64,000 bases of DNA from Minisyncoccota bacterium (GTDB taxonomy: Bacteria > Patescibacteriota > Minisyncoccia > Phycocordibacterales > UBA918). The stretch is from positions 18,271 to 82,270 of the forward strand of contig JBBDKG010000013.1 of NCBI GenBank assembly GCA_040879435.1, read 5' to 3'. Position numbers and translations under genes: made by a program. Positions 8,231 to 17,753 of this stretch are shown here, in pieces. The notes under the pieces were generated by a model. It saw nothing but the letters and a program-made list of their open reading frames with translations. It searched no databases and was not told the origin of the DNA. Position 1 is the first letter of the stretch; each line of letters opens with the position of its first letter.

Positions 8231-8839
8231 CTAGTCCTTCGTTCCGTCAAAGTTTACGTCATACATGATCCGTTCCTGTGCCGTCACATAGTTCTGAATC
8301 TCGTCTTCACTGAACCAGAGTGCGATCTCGCGCTCCGCCTCACTCGGCTCGTCAGAACAGTGGATCAGGTTGCGTACCGCTCGGTTCTCATACGAAGAGT
8401 GTGCATAGGAATCGACGGTGTAGTCTCCACGGAGTGTACCAACATCCGATGTGGACGGTTCTGTGGTACCGGTGATCTTCTTGATCACAGCAATGGCCTG
8501 ATTCCCTTCCCAGATCATTGCAATGACCGGTGCGGCACTCATGTACACAGCGTTCGCACGGATAATATCCTTGCCGTACTCCATCGCATCCTTCTCGACC
8601 GGCAGTCCCTGATTCTTCAGGTCTTCGACGATACCGCTCCCTTTCTTCAGGAACCACTCGTCATTCTTGTTGTAGTGCTTGAAGAGGCGCTCTTCATCCG
8701 CCATGAACATCTTCATTGCTGTGCATTTAAGGCCCGTATGTTCAAACCGTTTGATAACTTCTCCGATCAAAGACCGCTGGACGGTATCGGGCTTTAGAAT
8801 AACGAATGTTCGCTCCTCGTGTGGTTGACGTGATGACAT
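8231..8839 (-). CDS. ndk: nucleoside diphosphate kinase carrying a ~45 aa internal insertion
   Basis: The product contains ERTFVILKPD and the active-site His region NLIHCSD, and is extended beyond canonical NDK length (which is about 140 aa); the start is taken as ATG 8839. Confidence 0.8.
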   Translation of the reverse strand: MSSRQPHEERTFVILKPDTVQRSLIGEVIKRFEHTGLKCTAMKMFMADEERLFKHYNKNDEWFLKKGSGIVEDLKNQGLPVEKDAMEYGKDIIRANAVYMSAAPVIAMIWEGNQAIAVIKKITGTTEPSTSDVGTLRGDYTVDSYAHSSYENRAVRNLIHCSDEPSEAEREIALWFSEDEIQNYVTAQERIMYDVNFDGTKD

Positions 8840-8883
8840 AATGTCGGTAAATATACCAAAAAATAGCCAAATCACAAGGGATT

Positions 8884-9657
8884 CTACACCTCGGTAAGAA
8901 TGAATGCCCCGTCCTCGGTGATCGCCACCGTATGCTCAAAGTGGGCACTCCGTGAACCGTCGGCGGTAAATACGCTGTACCCGTCCCCTTCGTCATCAAA
9001 TACGACCTCACGCCCACCCACGTTCACGATCGGTTCGATCGCATACACGTGCCCCACCTCAATGAGTGGCCCCCGACCCTTCTTGCCGAAGTTCGGGATC
9101 TGCGGCTCTTCGTGCACCTTGTATCCCACCCCGTGACCACAAAGTGCGTCGACGATCGAGAGACCATGCGACTCCACATACCGTTGTATAGCATTTGAGA
9201 TATCACCGATATGATTCCCTGGCTTCGCTTCCGCGATCCCTACCATGAGCGCTTCACGCGTCACGTTGATGAGTTTCTGCGACTCCTTGTCTATCGGACC
9301 GATGCCGACAGTGATACCCGAATCAACAATAAGCCTCTTGTACCCGATGGTCATGTCGATATTGACCACATCACCCTGCTCGAGCACTTCCTTCTCGGAT
9401 GGAACACCATGTTGGACCACGTCATTCACGGAAATACACGTTGCCGCCGGGTACGGCGCCGGTGCGAAGCTCGGGTGATACCCTAAAAGGGCAGGCTCCA
9501 CACCGTACTGTTCTGCAAGCTCGGTCGCCTTGTCGTCGAGGTCCTTTGTGGACATGCCCGGCTTGGCATACGCTGCGACCTCTTCGAGAATGCGTGCAAG
9601 AATACGACCACCCTCACGAAGGGTGGCGATCTCTTCAGGTGTCTTTTTTGTGATCAT
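8884..9657 (-). CDS. map: type I methionine aminopeptidase
   Basis: The product contains VVNIDMTIGY, GHGVGYKVHEEP and FAIEPIV-type metal-ligand motifs. Confidence 0.9.
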   Translation of the reverse strand: MITKKTPEEIATLREGGRILARILEEVAAYAKPGMSTKDLDDKATELAEQYGVEPALLGYHPSFAPAPYPAATCISVNDVVQHGVPSEKEVLEQGDVVNIDMTIGYKRLIVDSGITVGIGPIDKESQKLINVTREALMVGIAEAKPGNHIGDISNAIQRYVESHGLSIVDALCGHGVGYKVHEEPQIPNFGKKGRGPLIEVGHVYAIEPIVNVGGREVVFDDEGDGYSVFTADGSRSAHFEHTVAITEDGAFILTEV

Positions 9658-10250
9658 ACAAGGTCGAGTGCTGTGAGGATCTGCTGGTGTACGCCATCGA
9701 TGGTGCCGGTGCCGTCAATATCGAATACGGTCGTACCCACGCGCGCGCGGTAGTACTCGACGACCGGCTGCGTCTCCTCACGATACCAGGTGAGCCGCTC
9801 TTCGATCGACGCCGGTGTGTCGTCAGGACGAGCCCGTTCTTCCATTCGCTTCCGCACGACTTCCTCCGGTGTATCGAGGTTGATGATCGAGACCGGCGAA
9901 CGTTCGTAGAACGAGAGTGCGGACTCGAGCACGGTCGCCTCTGCGACCGTTCGCGGGAATCCGTCAATGAGGACGTGGCATTCCGGGTCGAGGTGCTCGC
10001 GCATCGCGTCCCCCCACAACACAACTGAGAGGAAAAGTGGTTGCAGGATACCCGTATTGAGGGTCTCGCTGATATGCCGTTCGGTGTATCCCTCCCCTTT
10101 GGCTGCGAGAGCGCGGAACCTGCGACCGGTCTGGATATCGATCACGCGTCGCGCAGGATCACGCTCACGAAGCACGGCATCAAGCTTTTGGATCTGTGTA
10201 CCCTTTCCGCTCCCCTGTGGGCCGATAAATATAACAGTATGTGGACTCAT
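9654..10250 (-). CDS. adk: adenylate kinase
   Basis: A P-loop (IFIGPQGSGKGTQ) and an LID/NMP region are present; there is a 4-bp overlap with map. Confidence 0.9.
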   Translation of the reverse strand: MSPHTVIFIGPQGSGKGTQIQKLDAVLRERDPARRVIDIQTGRRFRALAAKGEGYTERHISETLNTGILQPLFLSVVLWGDAMREHLDPECHVLIDGFPRTVAEATVLESALSFYERSPVSIINLDTPEEVVRKRMEERARPDDTPASIEERLTWYREETQPVVEYYRARVGTTVFDIDGTGTIDGVHQQILTALDLV

Positions 10251-10333
10251 AGAGCTTCAGTGTACGTTGGATTATGAAAAAGTCCATACAGAGAGCCGTT
10301 AAACCATCGTACGAAATGTGGTACTGTTTCCCT

Positions 10334-10900
10334 ATGCATAAGAAGATCATCACTATAGGCGGTAAGCCAGGGAGCGGAAAATCGACCATATCAAAGCGTC
10401 TTGCCGCCACACTCGGATACAAGCATTTCTCGTCTGGCGACCTGTTTCGTGCGATTGCACGTGAGAAGGACATCTCGGTCGATGCCATCAACCGTCTCGC
10501 AGAGACCGATACGTCGATCGATAAAGCCGTCGACCAGAAGCTCCGTGAACTTGGCGAACACGAAAGCGAGATCGTGATCGACTCCCGCATGGCGTGGCAC
10601 TGGATCCCGGATTCGTTCAAGTTATACCTCCAACTTGATCTATCGATCGCTGCTGACCGCATCTACAACGCGCACAACAAGGAACGGTTCCTGAACGAGG
10701 ACCATGCGCAGAATGTAAAGGAGTATGAAGAGCAGCTTACCGCGCGACTTGAGAGCGAGACGAAGCGATACATGAGCCTCTACCAGGTGACTCCGTACGA
10801 CGAAACACACTACAATCTCGTGGTGGACACGTACGCAAACAACCCGGACCAGGTTGAGGCGATCATTCTTGAATCATACGAGAAATGGCTCGGTGAATAA
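10334..10900 (+). CDS. cytidylate-kinase-like P-loop NTPase (archaeal-type CMP kinase/AAA family)
   Basis: The product begins MHKKIITIGGKPGSGKSTISKRLA; the gene is convergent with secY and interrupts the secY-adk arrangement. Confidence 0.65.
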   Translation: MHKKIITIGGKPGSGKSTISKRLAATLGYKHFSSGDLFRAIAREKDISVDAINRLAETDTSIDKAVDQKLRELGEHESEIVIDSRMAWHWIPDSFKLYLQLDLSIAADRIYNAHNKERFLNEDHAQNVKEYEEQLTARLESETKRYMSLYQVTPYDETHYNLVVDTYANNPDQVEAIILESYEKWLGE

Positions 10901-10917
10901 CGGCCACTTTCGATACA

Positions 10918-10959
10918 CAAACCGCCCCGTATCCAAGAGATACGGGGCGGTTTGTCGTT
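10918..10959. terminator. bidirectional intrinsic terminator between cmk-like and secY
   Basis: The sequence is aaaccgccccgtatccaagagatacggggcggtttgtcgttt. Confidence 0.8.
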
Positions 10960-10966
10960 TGAGCGT

Positions 10967-12238
10967 CTAGTACTCACGCATAGAGACCTGTGCGTCGAGC
11001 CGACGAATGAGGTCGAGGACCACCGAGACCACGATGAGAAGCGCCGTACCACCGATCGCAAGCGCCGTCACACCGGTCGCCATCTGCATCAGAAGCGGCA
11101 GGACCGCAACGAGACCGAGGAAGGTCGCGCCGACGAGTGTGAGGCGGGTGATGAGGTTACCAAGGTACTCTGACGTGTTCCCACCCGGACGGATGCCCGG
11201 CACGAACGCACCATTCCGTTGCAGATTCCGCGACACATTCTCCGGATCGAAGGTCACCGCTGTATAGAAGAAGGTGAAGAGGAATACCAAGAGGAAGTAC
11301 ACCGCTGCATAGAGGAACTGATTATTAAAGAAGGTCAGCAACACATCTGACGCTCGCTGAATACCCTCGATGTTGAAGGTTGAAAGAATGTTGAGAAGCA
11401 TCTGCGGGAAGAGGAGTACTGAGAGCGCGAAGATGATCGGGATCACACCGGTCTGGTTGAGGCGAAGCGGCAGGTACGAGGACGTACCGCCGTACGTCTG
11501 TCCGCCCCGGCTCTGCTTTGCGTACGTGATCGGAACCGGACGTTCAGCCTCGGTCATGACAACAACGGCATAGATCACCGCAAGCGCTGCGATCGCAAAT
11601 CCGACGTAGAGTGGAAGCTGCGTCGTTGAGAAGCCGAACATAAGCTGACTCGCTGTTGTAGGTAGGGTTGCCACGATACCGGCAAAGATGATGATCGAGA
11701 CACCGTTCCCGATACCGAACTCGGTCACGAGCTCACCGATCCACATGAGAAGCATTGAACCGCCAACGACCAAGACCACGTTCGTGACGAACTCAAAGGT
11801 AGAGAGGCCGGAGATCACCCCCTGACTCTCAAGGAGTGTGAGGAATCCGAATCCCTGGAGGACAGCGAGCGGCAGCGTGAGCATGCGCGAATACTGTGTA
11901 AACTTTGCACGTCCCGCTTCCCCTTCCTCGGTATGAAGACTCTTCATCTTTGGGGACATCACGGTCATCAACTGCATCACGATGGAGGCAGTAATGAACG
12001 GACCTACACCGAGCATCACGATCGAGAGATTGGCGAGTCCTCCACCTGAGAAGATGTTCAGAAGCCCGAGGAACTGGTTATTCGAGAAGAACTGCGCGAG
12101 TACCGCCTGATCGATTCCCGGAATAGGGATCGCTGCAAGTGCACGGAACACACAAAGCGCCGCGAGTACGAAGAGTACGCGGTTGCGGATCGTTCTGTCC
12201 GTTACAATGACCTTCAGTTTATGGATGAATGTATTCAT
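10967..12238 (-). CDS. secY: preprotein translocase subunit SecY
   Basis: The 423 aa product has 10 TM helices and begins MNTFIHKLKVIVTDRTIRNRVLFVLAALCVFR. Confidence 0.95.
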   Translation of the reverse strand: MNTFIHKLKVIVTDRTIRNRVLFVLAALCVFRALAAIPIPGIDQAVLAQFFSNNQFLGLLNIFSGGGLANLSIVMLGVGPFITASIVMQLMTVMSPKMKSLHTEEGEAGRAKFTQYSRMLTLPLAVLQGFGFLTLLESQGVISGLSTFEFVTNVVLVVGGSMLLMWIGELVTEFGIGNGVSIIIFAGIVATLPTTASQLMFGFSTTQLPLYVGFAIAALAVIYAVVVMTEAERPVPITYAKQSRGGQTYGGTSSYLPLRLNQTGVIPIIFALSVLLFPQMLLNILSTFNIEGIQRASDVLLTFFNNQFLYAAVYFLLVFLFTFFYTAVTFDPENVSRNLQRNGAFVPGIRPGGNTSEYLGNLITRLTLVGATFLGLVAVLPLLMQMATGVTALAIGGTALLIVVSVVLDLIRRLDAQVSMREY

Positions 12239-12254
12239 ACGCTCATTCTAGCGG

Positions 12255-12701
12255 TTAGGCGACGCTTCCACCAGCCTTTTCAATCTTCTCCTTTGCTGAC
12301 GCAGACACCGTACATCCGGTGACGGTGTACTTCTTGGTGATGTCGCCAGTGCCAAGGATCTTTACAGCAGGAGCCTTCCGTCCCTTTGTGGATATAAGTC
12401 CTGCCGCAACGAGTACCTTCGGATTCACCGGACCTGCTTCAAGTGACGTCTCAAGCGCTGCAAGATTCACCACGACCGGACGTACGCGCTCTGAATTCAC
12501 TGTATCTGCGCGGTTCTTTCCGTGACCACGAAGCTTCGGAAGCTTCTTGATCAGGTCGCGAACCTCCGGCCGCATGCTGTTCCCGGCGCGCGCCTTCTGT
12601 CCTTTGTGACCCCGACCCGACGTCTTGCCACGCTTTCCGCCACGACCGACGCGCTTTGCGGTCTTTCGTGCATGTGTTGGTTTTAGTTCGTGTAGTTGCA
12701 T
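12255..12701 (-). CDS. rplO: 50S ribosomal protein L15
   Basis: The product reads MQLHELKPTHARKTAKRVGRGGKRGKTSGRGHKGQ. Confidence 0.9.
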   Translation of the reverse strand: MQLHELKPTHARKTAKRVGRGGKRGKTSGRGHKGQKARAGNSMRPEVRDLIKKLPKLRGHGKNRADTVNSERVRPVVVNLAALETSLEAGPVNPKVLVAAGLISTKGRKAPAVKILGTGDITKKYTVTGCTVSASAKEKIEKAGGSVA

Positions 12702-12711
12702 AGTCAGGGTG

Positions 12712-13368
12712 TTAGTTCTTAAGAAGCTGAAGCGCCTTTATGGTCGCGCGGGCGTTGTTCAGCTTGTTCTTGCTACGAGAAAGTAGCTTTGCGGTCACGT
12801 CCTTCACGCCGGCAAGCTCCAGTACGGTACGCGCTGAAGATCCGGCGACAAGACCTCGTCCCGGTGCTGGGATGATGAGTACCTCGCTTGAGGCATACTT
12901 TGCTGCCACGTCGTGCGGGATGTGCTGATCCTTGTTCATCAGAACTGTGATCATGCACTTCTTTGCGTCACGGATCGCTTTTTCAATGGCAAGCTGTGTG
13001 TCACCGGCCTTGCCGATGCCGACACCTACCTTGCCTTTCTTGTCTCCGAGTACCATCGCGACCGAGAAGGTGAAACGGCGTCCACCGCCCATCACACGGG
13101 TCACGCGACGGATGCTGATGATCTTCTGATCGAATTCCGGTCGTGCCCGCTCAGAACGAGCACCCCCGCGTCGCGGTCGGCGCTGGTTCCGTCGTTCACC
13201 ATCCGCTCCTTGTTGTCGTCCCCGACCGCGCCCTCGTGGCGCCCCTGCAGCTGGTGGTGTACCACCAGAAGCGGGTGCATCGGCGACAGCTGCTGCTGTC
13301 TCTTTCGACGTATCGGCGGTGTTCGCCGTGTCGGTTGTAGCTTCCTGCTTTGTTATGTCTTCTGCCAT
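12712..13368 (-). CDS. rpsE: 30S ribosomal protein S5 with a low-complexity N-terminal extension
   Basis: The product contains IISIRRVTRVMGGGRRFTFSVAMVLGD; the N-terminus is Ala/Thr/Arg-rich. Confidence 0.9.
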   Translation of the reverse strand: MAEDITKQEATTDTANTADTSKETAAAVADAPASGGTPPAAGAPRGRGRGRQQGADGERRNQRRPRRGGARSERARPEFDQKIISIRRVTRVMGGGRRFTFSVAMVLGDKKGKVGVGIGKAGDTQLAIEKAIRDAKKCMITVLMNKDQHIPHDVAAKYASSEVLIIPAPGRGLVAGSSARTVLELAGVKDVTAKLLSRSKNKLNNARATIKALQLLKN

Positions 13369-13395
13369 GATGTAAATCTAGCTGCAGTTGATAAT

Positions 13396-13749
13396 TTAGA
13401 ACGCAAGTCCGTTCTCACGTGCCGCGTCTGCAAGTGCCGCAACATTGCCCTGATAGCGGAATCCACCGCGATCGAACACTGCTACACTCACCCCTGCGGC
13501 CTTCGCTTTCTCTGCGATCGTCTTCCCGACCCACGCGGCACGCTCGGTCATCGAGCTGCCGTCCGCATTTCGTGAGTCCGCAGCAGCAAGCGTTGAGCCT
13601 GTCTCATCATTGATGAGCTGGGCATACATGTACCGATTGCTGCGAAATACCGCAAGGCGCGGCCGCTCCGCTGTACCATGCACACGTGCACGAATGCGTG
13701 CGCGGCGTGACTCTCGTTGTGTTGTTTTGGTGTTGGTTGCCATATTCAA
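13396..13749 (-). CDS. rplR: 50S ribosomal protein L18
   Basis: The product contains RARIRARVHGTAERPRLAVFRSNRYMYAQLINDETGSTL. Confidence 0.9.
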   Translation of the reverse strand: MNMATNTKTTQRESRRARIRARVHGTAERPRLAVFRSNRYMYAQLINDETGSTLAAADSRNADGSSMTERAAWVGKTIAEKAKAAGVSVAVFDRGGFRYQGNVAALADAARENGLAF

Positions 13750-13753
13750 CTAG

Positions 13754-14284
13754 CTAAACGGCCTTCTTGCCCTGCTTACGGATAATGTATTCTCCCTGGT
13801 AATGGATACCCTTGCCCTTGTACGGCTCCGGCGGACGGACCGCACGGACGTTGGCGGCATACTGGCCAAGTGCCTCCTTGTCATGGCTTTCTACCGTGAC
13901 CACGTTCTTCTCAACCGTTGCGGTGACACCATCAGGGAACGGAAGTTCAACAGGGTGAGAATAGCCGACGTTCAGGACGAGAGAACTCCCACGTGCTTCA
14001 GCACGATACCCCACTCCTTCGATCTCGAGCACCTTCTTGAATCCTTCGGTCACACCCGCGATCATGTTCCGGATGTGTGCGGCGTATGTTCCCCACAGCG
14101 GATTTGCTTCTGCGCGCTGTGGTGTGACGGTGATGACACCATCTTCAAGGGCGAGCGCCACTTCTTTCTCCTTGATCGTGCGGGTAAGTGTCCCCTTCGG
14201 GCCAGTTACGGTAAGCACACCGCCTTCAAACGTCGCGGTAACCCCTGACGGGAGCGTAATTGGTTGTTTTCCTAGTCTGCTCAT
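13754..14284 (-). CDS. rplF: 50S ribosomal protein L6
   Basis: The product reads MSRLGKQPITLPSGVTATFEGGVLTVTGPKG. Confidence 0.95.
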   Translation of the reverse strand: MSRLGKQPITLPSGVTATFEGGVLTVTGPKGTLTRTIKEKEVALALEDGVITVTPQRAEANPLWGTYAAHIRNMIAGVTEGFKKVLEIEGVGYRAEARGSSLVLNVGYSHPVELPFPDGVTATVEKNVVTVESHDKEALGQYAANVRAVRPPEPYKGKGIHYQGEYIIRKQGKKAV

Positions 14285-14294
14285 ATCGTATGTG

Positions 14295-14690
14295 TTACCA
14301 GATCATGAAGAGCTGCTCACCTCCAACATGTGCCGTACGTGCCTCCTCGTCAGTGAGGATGCCCGCAGGTGTTGAGAGGATAAGGTTGCCCTTTCCGAAC
14401 TTTACCGGATAAATCTCTGCAGCCTTTGCATAGAGCCGACGACCAGGCTTACTCATACGCTTCACGCCGCTAATGCGATGGCTACCGCTCTCGTCATACT
14501 TGAGCGTCACCACAAGTGTCCGCTTCACGTCCTTCCCTGCTACCTCTGCATTCACCAGGTATCCTGCTTCGACCAGCTTTGTGGCCACTGCGTGCTTCAG
14601 GTTCGAGTACGGCAATGCCACCTGGTCCTTCTTGACCATGCCGGCGTTCTTAAGCTGGATGATGAAATCTCCGATCGTATCGCTTACCAT
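14295..14690 (-). CDS. rpsH: 30S ribosomal protein S8
   Basis: The product reads MVSDTIGDFIIQLKNAGMVKKDQVALPYS. Confidence 0.95.
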   Translation of the reverse strand: MVSDTIGDFIIQLKNAGMVKKDQVALPYSNLKHAVATKLVEAGYLVNAEVAGKDVKRTLVVTLKYDESGSHRISGVKRMSKPGRRLYAKAAEIYPVKFGKGNLILSTPAGILTDEEARTAHVGGEQLFMIW

Positions 14691-14869
14691 GATGATTTCT
14701 TTATTCCTGGTATATGTCCCTCGTGTGCCGCTTCACGGAAGCAGATTCGACACAGGTCGAAATCGCGCATGTATCCACGCTTACGGCCGCACTGCACGCA
14801 TCGACGAACGACACGGCTTTTGTATTTTGGTGTCCGTTCTGAACGGACGATAATGGATTTTCGTGCCAT
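14684..14869 (-). CDS. rpsZ: 30S ribosomal protein S14, type Z (zinc-binding)
   Basis: The 61 aa product has a CxxC...CxxC arrangement (CVQCGRKRGYMRDFDLCRIC). Confidence 0.9.
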   Translation of the reverse strand: MARKSIIVRSERTPKYKSRVVRRCVQCGRKRGYMRDFDLCRICFREAAHEGHIPGIKKSSW

Positions 14870-15054
14870 TTATAGGTCTTAGTGCTTGGCAGTATCACCG
14901 AGATGCGGTGACTTACCCCTATTAACGTCGCATATATCGCCCCACCCGCCTTCCGATCGAGAACTTTCGATTCGGCGCGTCAGATTTCCTTCAAATTGAG
15001 GAGTGTCTGCGATATATCGCTACGCGGAGTAGAATACAGCAAAATTATAAAAAA

Positions 15055-15090
15055 ACAAGGTCCGGCGAATCGATCGCCAGACCTTTTGAA
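15055..15090 (-). terminator. intrinsic terminator downstream of hypothetical gene 15107-15502
   Basis: aaggtccggcgaatcgatcgccagacctttt; the minus strand carries a T-tract. Confidence 0.6.
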
Positions 15091-15106
15091 ACGCGCCCCC
15101 CACCGC

Positions 15107-15502
15107 TTACGCTTTGCGCTGTCTCGTTCCGCCGAGCAATTCGTCGGTGAGCGCCTTCCACCCCGCTTCAGCTGCGCCGGGGACACGGTCGCCGATGTCG
15201 CGTGCTGCAGCAAAGAGTTCGTCGGTGAACTGCTTGAAGCCGGCGGAAGCATTCTTGCCCGTATGCTGGGCCTTCTCGCCAATGCCGAATGACGCAAGTG
15301 CGATCACTGCGGCAAGTTCGATTCTGACGGTTGCGGTGATGACTCCACCCGTATTGGGCTGTGCTTCGAGCACCAACCAGTCACGGACGAGCCCGTCGCC
15401 GTCCGGCTTGTGCTCGAACCGTGCGTTCGTGATAGAGAACGGAACGTCCCCCACCTGCGAACGAAAAGCCTCAAAAGCACCATTCTTGGGTTGTGTAGCC
15501 AA
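15107..15502 (-). CDS. hypothetical protein (131 aa, mixed beta/alpha, no recognisable domain)
   Basis: Clean ORF with its own terminators on both sides; the product begins MATQPKNGAFEAFRSQVGDVPF. Confidence 0.4.
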   Translation of the reverse strand: MATQPKNGAFEAFRSQVGDVPFSITNARFEHKPDGDGLVRDWLVLEAQPNTGGVITATVRIELAAVIALASFGIGEKAQHTGKNASAGFKQFTDELFAAARDIGDRVPGAAEAGWKALTDELLGGTRQRKA

Positions 15503-15551
15503 TGATCTATCCTTTCCTTCAAGAGTGTGCAGCGTACACTACGCTAGAGCA

Positions 15552-15588
15552 GAAAAAAATCAACCCCGGCAGTGACCCGCCGGGGTTG
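15552..15588 (-). terminator. intrinsic terminator downstream of the TAXI SBP gene
   Basis: The minus strand reads aaccccggcgggtcactgccggggttgattttttt. Confidence 0.8.
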
Positions 15589-15607
15589 TTCGCTAGAAGA
15601 GCAGAGC

Positions 15608-16633
15608 TCAGTCGGATGCGGGGTTGACCGCGCTCGTCGACTTGACCGACTTCGGCGTGAACACGTTCTCCCACTTCATTTCGCGGGAGGGATTGATGCG
15701 ACGCCACGCCGGATGCATTCCGGGCTCTTCCTGAAACCGGAGGATGTTCTCCCGGACGCAGGACTGGAGCTCGGAGAGTGCATTCACGAATTCGGGAGTC
15801 TTGTACTCCCACACGAAGAGGAGCGCGTCGACCGTCAGGGTCTCCGTGCCCTGGCCCGTGCTGCCGAGATTGTCGTAGCTGACCGTGGAGAGCCCGTAGA
15901 CGGACTCAACGTCCTCGGTGAGCTGCTTCCCGACCTCAAGGAGCTTGAACTCGCCTTTCGGCAGCTCTTCGATCCAGGAGGCCGGGTAGCCGACAGTGGC
16001 GATGATCGCATCGGCCTGGCCGTCGCGAATCATCTGGATCGCCTCGCCCTCGTTGCCGGCCGAGATGACGTTGAGGTTGAGACGGCCGAGCTGACCCACG
16101 ATCTTCGCCGTGGTGAGCGAGCCGCCCCAGGCGACCACCGTACGACCTTCAAGGCCGGCCACGTCGCGCAGCGGATTCTGCTGAACTTCGTAGACGGCTT
16201 CCTTGCTGCCGATCCCGGTGCCGAAGAAGCCTTCTTCGGCTTCCACGGTCATGACCGACACCATAGCGGGGACGATCACGTGGATCGCCTCCTCATGGAG
16301 CGGGAGCAGTGCCTGCACCCGCGGCATGTCGGGATTGACCTGGAGTTCGAGATACGCCTTGTCGAGCTGAGCCAGACCGCCGGGGATCTCGTTGCGGAGA
16401 ATACCCCGGATGTTGTTGTCTGATCCGCCGATCGACTTGCCGTCCTCGCCCAGGCGATGCTGAACGACGAGGGTGTCGCTGTTGCACACATCGGCGATCT
16501 GCTGGACAACGGGGTAGTACGTACCACCCTCGCCGCCGGAGCCGATCGTAAGCGTTGTCGGTGCCGCCGCGGCGAATGCCGTGCTGCCGCCGGCCACAAC
16601 TGCTGCGAGCATGAGCTGGTTCAAGTATTTCAT
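15608..16633 (-). CDS. TAXI-family TRAP-transporter solute-binding protein (orphan; no DctQM permease nearby)
   Basis: A signal peptide (MKYLNQLMLAAVVAGGSTAFAAAAP) is followed by TLTIGSGGEGGTYYP, which is characteristic of TAXI; an AGAAGGAG Shine-Dalgarno sequence precedes the ATG at 16631-16633. Confidence 0.75.
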   Translation of the reverse strand: MKYLNQLMLAAVVAGGSTAFAAAAPTTLTIGSGGEGGTYYPVVQQIADVCNSDTLVVQHRLGEDGKSIGGSDNNIRGILRNEIPGGLAQLDKAYLELQVNPDMPRVQALLPLHEEAIHVIVPAMVSVMTVEAEEGFFGTGIGSKEAVYEVQQNPLRDVAGLEGRTVVAWGGSLTTAKIVGQLGRLNLNVISAGNEGEAIQMIRDGQADAIIATVGYPASWIEELPKGEFKLLEVGKQLTEDVESVYGLSTVSYDNLGSTGQGTETLTVDALLFVWEYKTPEFVNALSELQSCVRENILRFQEEPGMHPAWRRINPSREMKWENVFTPKSVKSTSAVNPASD

Positions 16634-16667
16634 CGTGGTTCTCCTTCTTACGATGACTTCCGGTCCG

Positions 16668-16877
16668 TTACCGGAGCTTGAGTTTATTGATGGCATCCTC
16701 TTCACGCGAATCGGATACCGCCGGTCGTGCCGGGGCCGGCCGTGCGGCAGGCCCTGGCGGTTTCTTTTCTGCACGGACGGATGTTGTCGAACTCGACGAG
16801 AATCCGTCCGTGTATACATAACCGCCGCCAATGATGAGAATCATGACGATTACGGCTATGATGATGCGCCCTATCAT
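16668..16877 (-). CDS. small single-TM protein with a Pro/Ala-rich tail
   Basis: MIGRIIIAVIVMILIIGGGYVYT...; it lies between the 2-TM protein and the TAXI gene on the same strand. Confidence 0.35.
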   Translation of the reverse strand: MIGRIIIAVIVMILIIGGGYVYTDGFSSSSTTSVRAEKKPPGPAARPAPARPAVSDSREEDAINKLKLR

Positions 16878-16889
16878 GGTGCCTCCTTC

Positions 16890-17672
16890 CTAGGCCAGGA
16901 CTCTTTGCTTGTTGTCGAAGAAGTGAGGGGTCTGGAACGGCTCGTTGTCGTCCGTACCCGGATCCTTCTCATACGTGAGTCTGAGCACCTCCTGGGTGTC
17001 AGCATCCTTCTCGAGCAACATCTCGAGCTCGGCGAATGAGTCCGCGACGCTCTGTCGGACTGCGCCGATCGCCTCGCCCTTGAGGATCTCGTCGAGCGCA
17101 GCGTCGCCGCTGACGTTCTTGAGTTGACGCATGGCGCCGGAAGCTCGCTGAGCCCACTTGTGGTCCGCCTTCATGAAGCGGACTTTGCTGTGGTACTCCT
17201 GGAGCTGCTCCTCAGCGTCGCCAGCCTTGGTGCGAAGCACTGACACAGCGTTCTTCATCCGGTCCATCATTTCCTGACGGTCTGAAACGTCCTCATTCGG
17301 GAATTCCCTCTTGAGATCGTTCAGCTCATCCTGAGAGACCTTGTGTGCAGCCATCATTTGCTGCACATAGCTGACGAACTTATCGAGCGAGTTGCGCTTT
17401 TGCTGATAATCAAGCTCGAGCGTCTCGATCGGATTCATGCGAGCGTTCGCTTTCGCCAACTTGAGTGCCAGTGTCTTCATGATCCGAATGATCGAACCTG
17501 AGAAGAGGATGGCACCGGCGACGATCGCAGCGTAAACGCCGATCACCACCAGATTCGCCATCGCGAACGCTGCCATGCCGAGTACTGGACCCAGAATGGC
17601 GAGTACGAGAATGCAAACGAAGCCAAATACAGCCTTCTGCATTCCCGTCATTTCGGAGAATTTCGGCAACAT
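16890..17672 (-). CDS. 2-TM hairpin membrane protein with a cytoplasmic coiled-coil domain (possibly TelA/XpaC-like)
   Basis: ATG at 17670-17672 with an AGGAAGG Shine-Dalgarno sequence; two adjacent TM helices are followed by about 180 aa of helical, charged sequence. Confidence 0.45.
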   Translation of the reverse strand: MLPKFSEMTGMQKAVFGFVCILVLAILGPVLGMAAFAMANLVVIGVYAAIVAGAILFSGSIIRIMKTLALKLAKANARMNPIETLELDYQQKRNSLDKFVSYVQQMMAAHKVSQDELNDLKREFPNEDVSDRQEMMDRMKNAVSVLRTKAGDAEEQLQEYHSKVRFMKADHKWAQRASGAMRQLKNVSGDAALDEILKGEAIGAVRQSVADSFAELEMLLEKDADTQEVLRLTYEKDPGTDDNEPFQTPHFFDNKQRVLA

Positions 17673-17753
17673 CGAGGGATCCTTCCTTTGCTCGTTAATT
17701 GTCGAGATACTGCACAAAAATACCTGTGGACTTCACCACAGATTCCGGACGAG

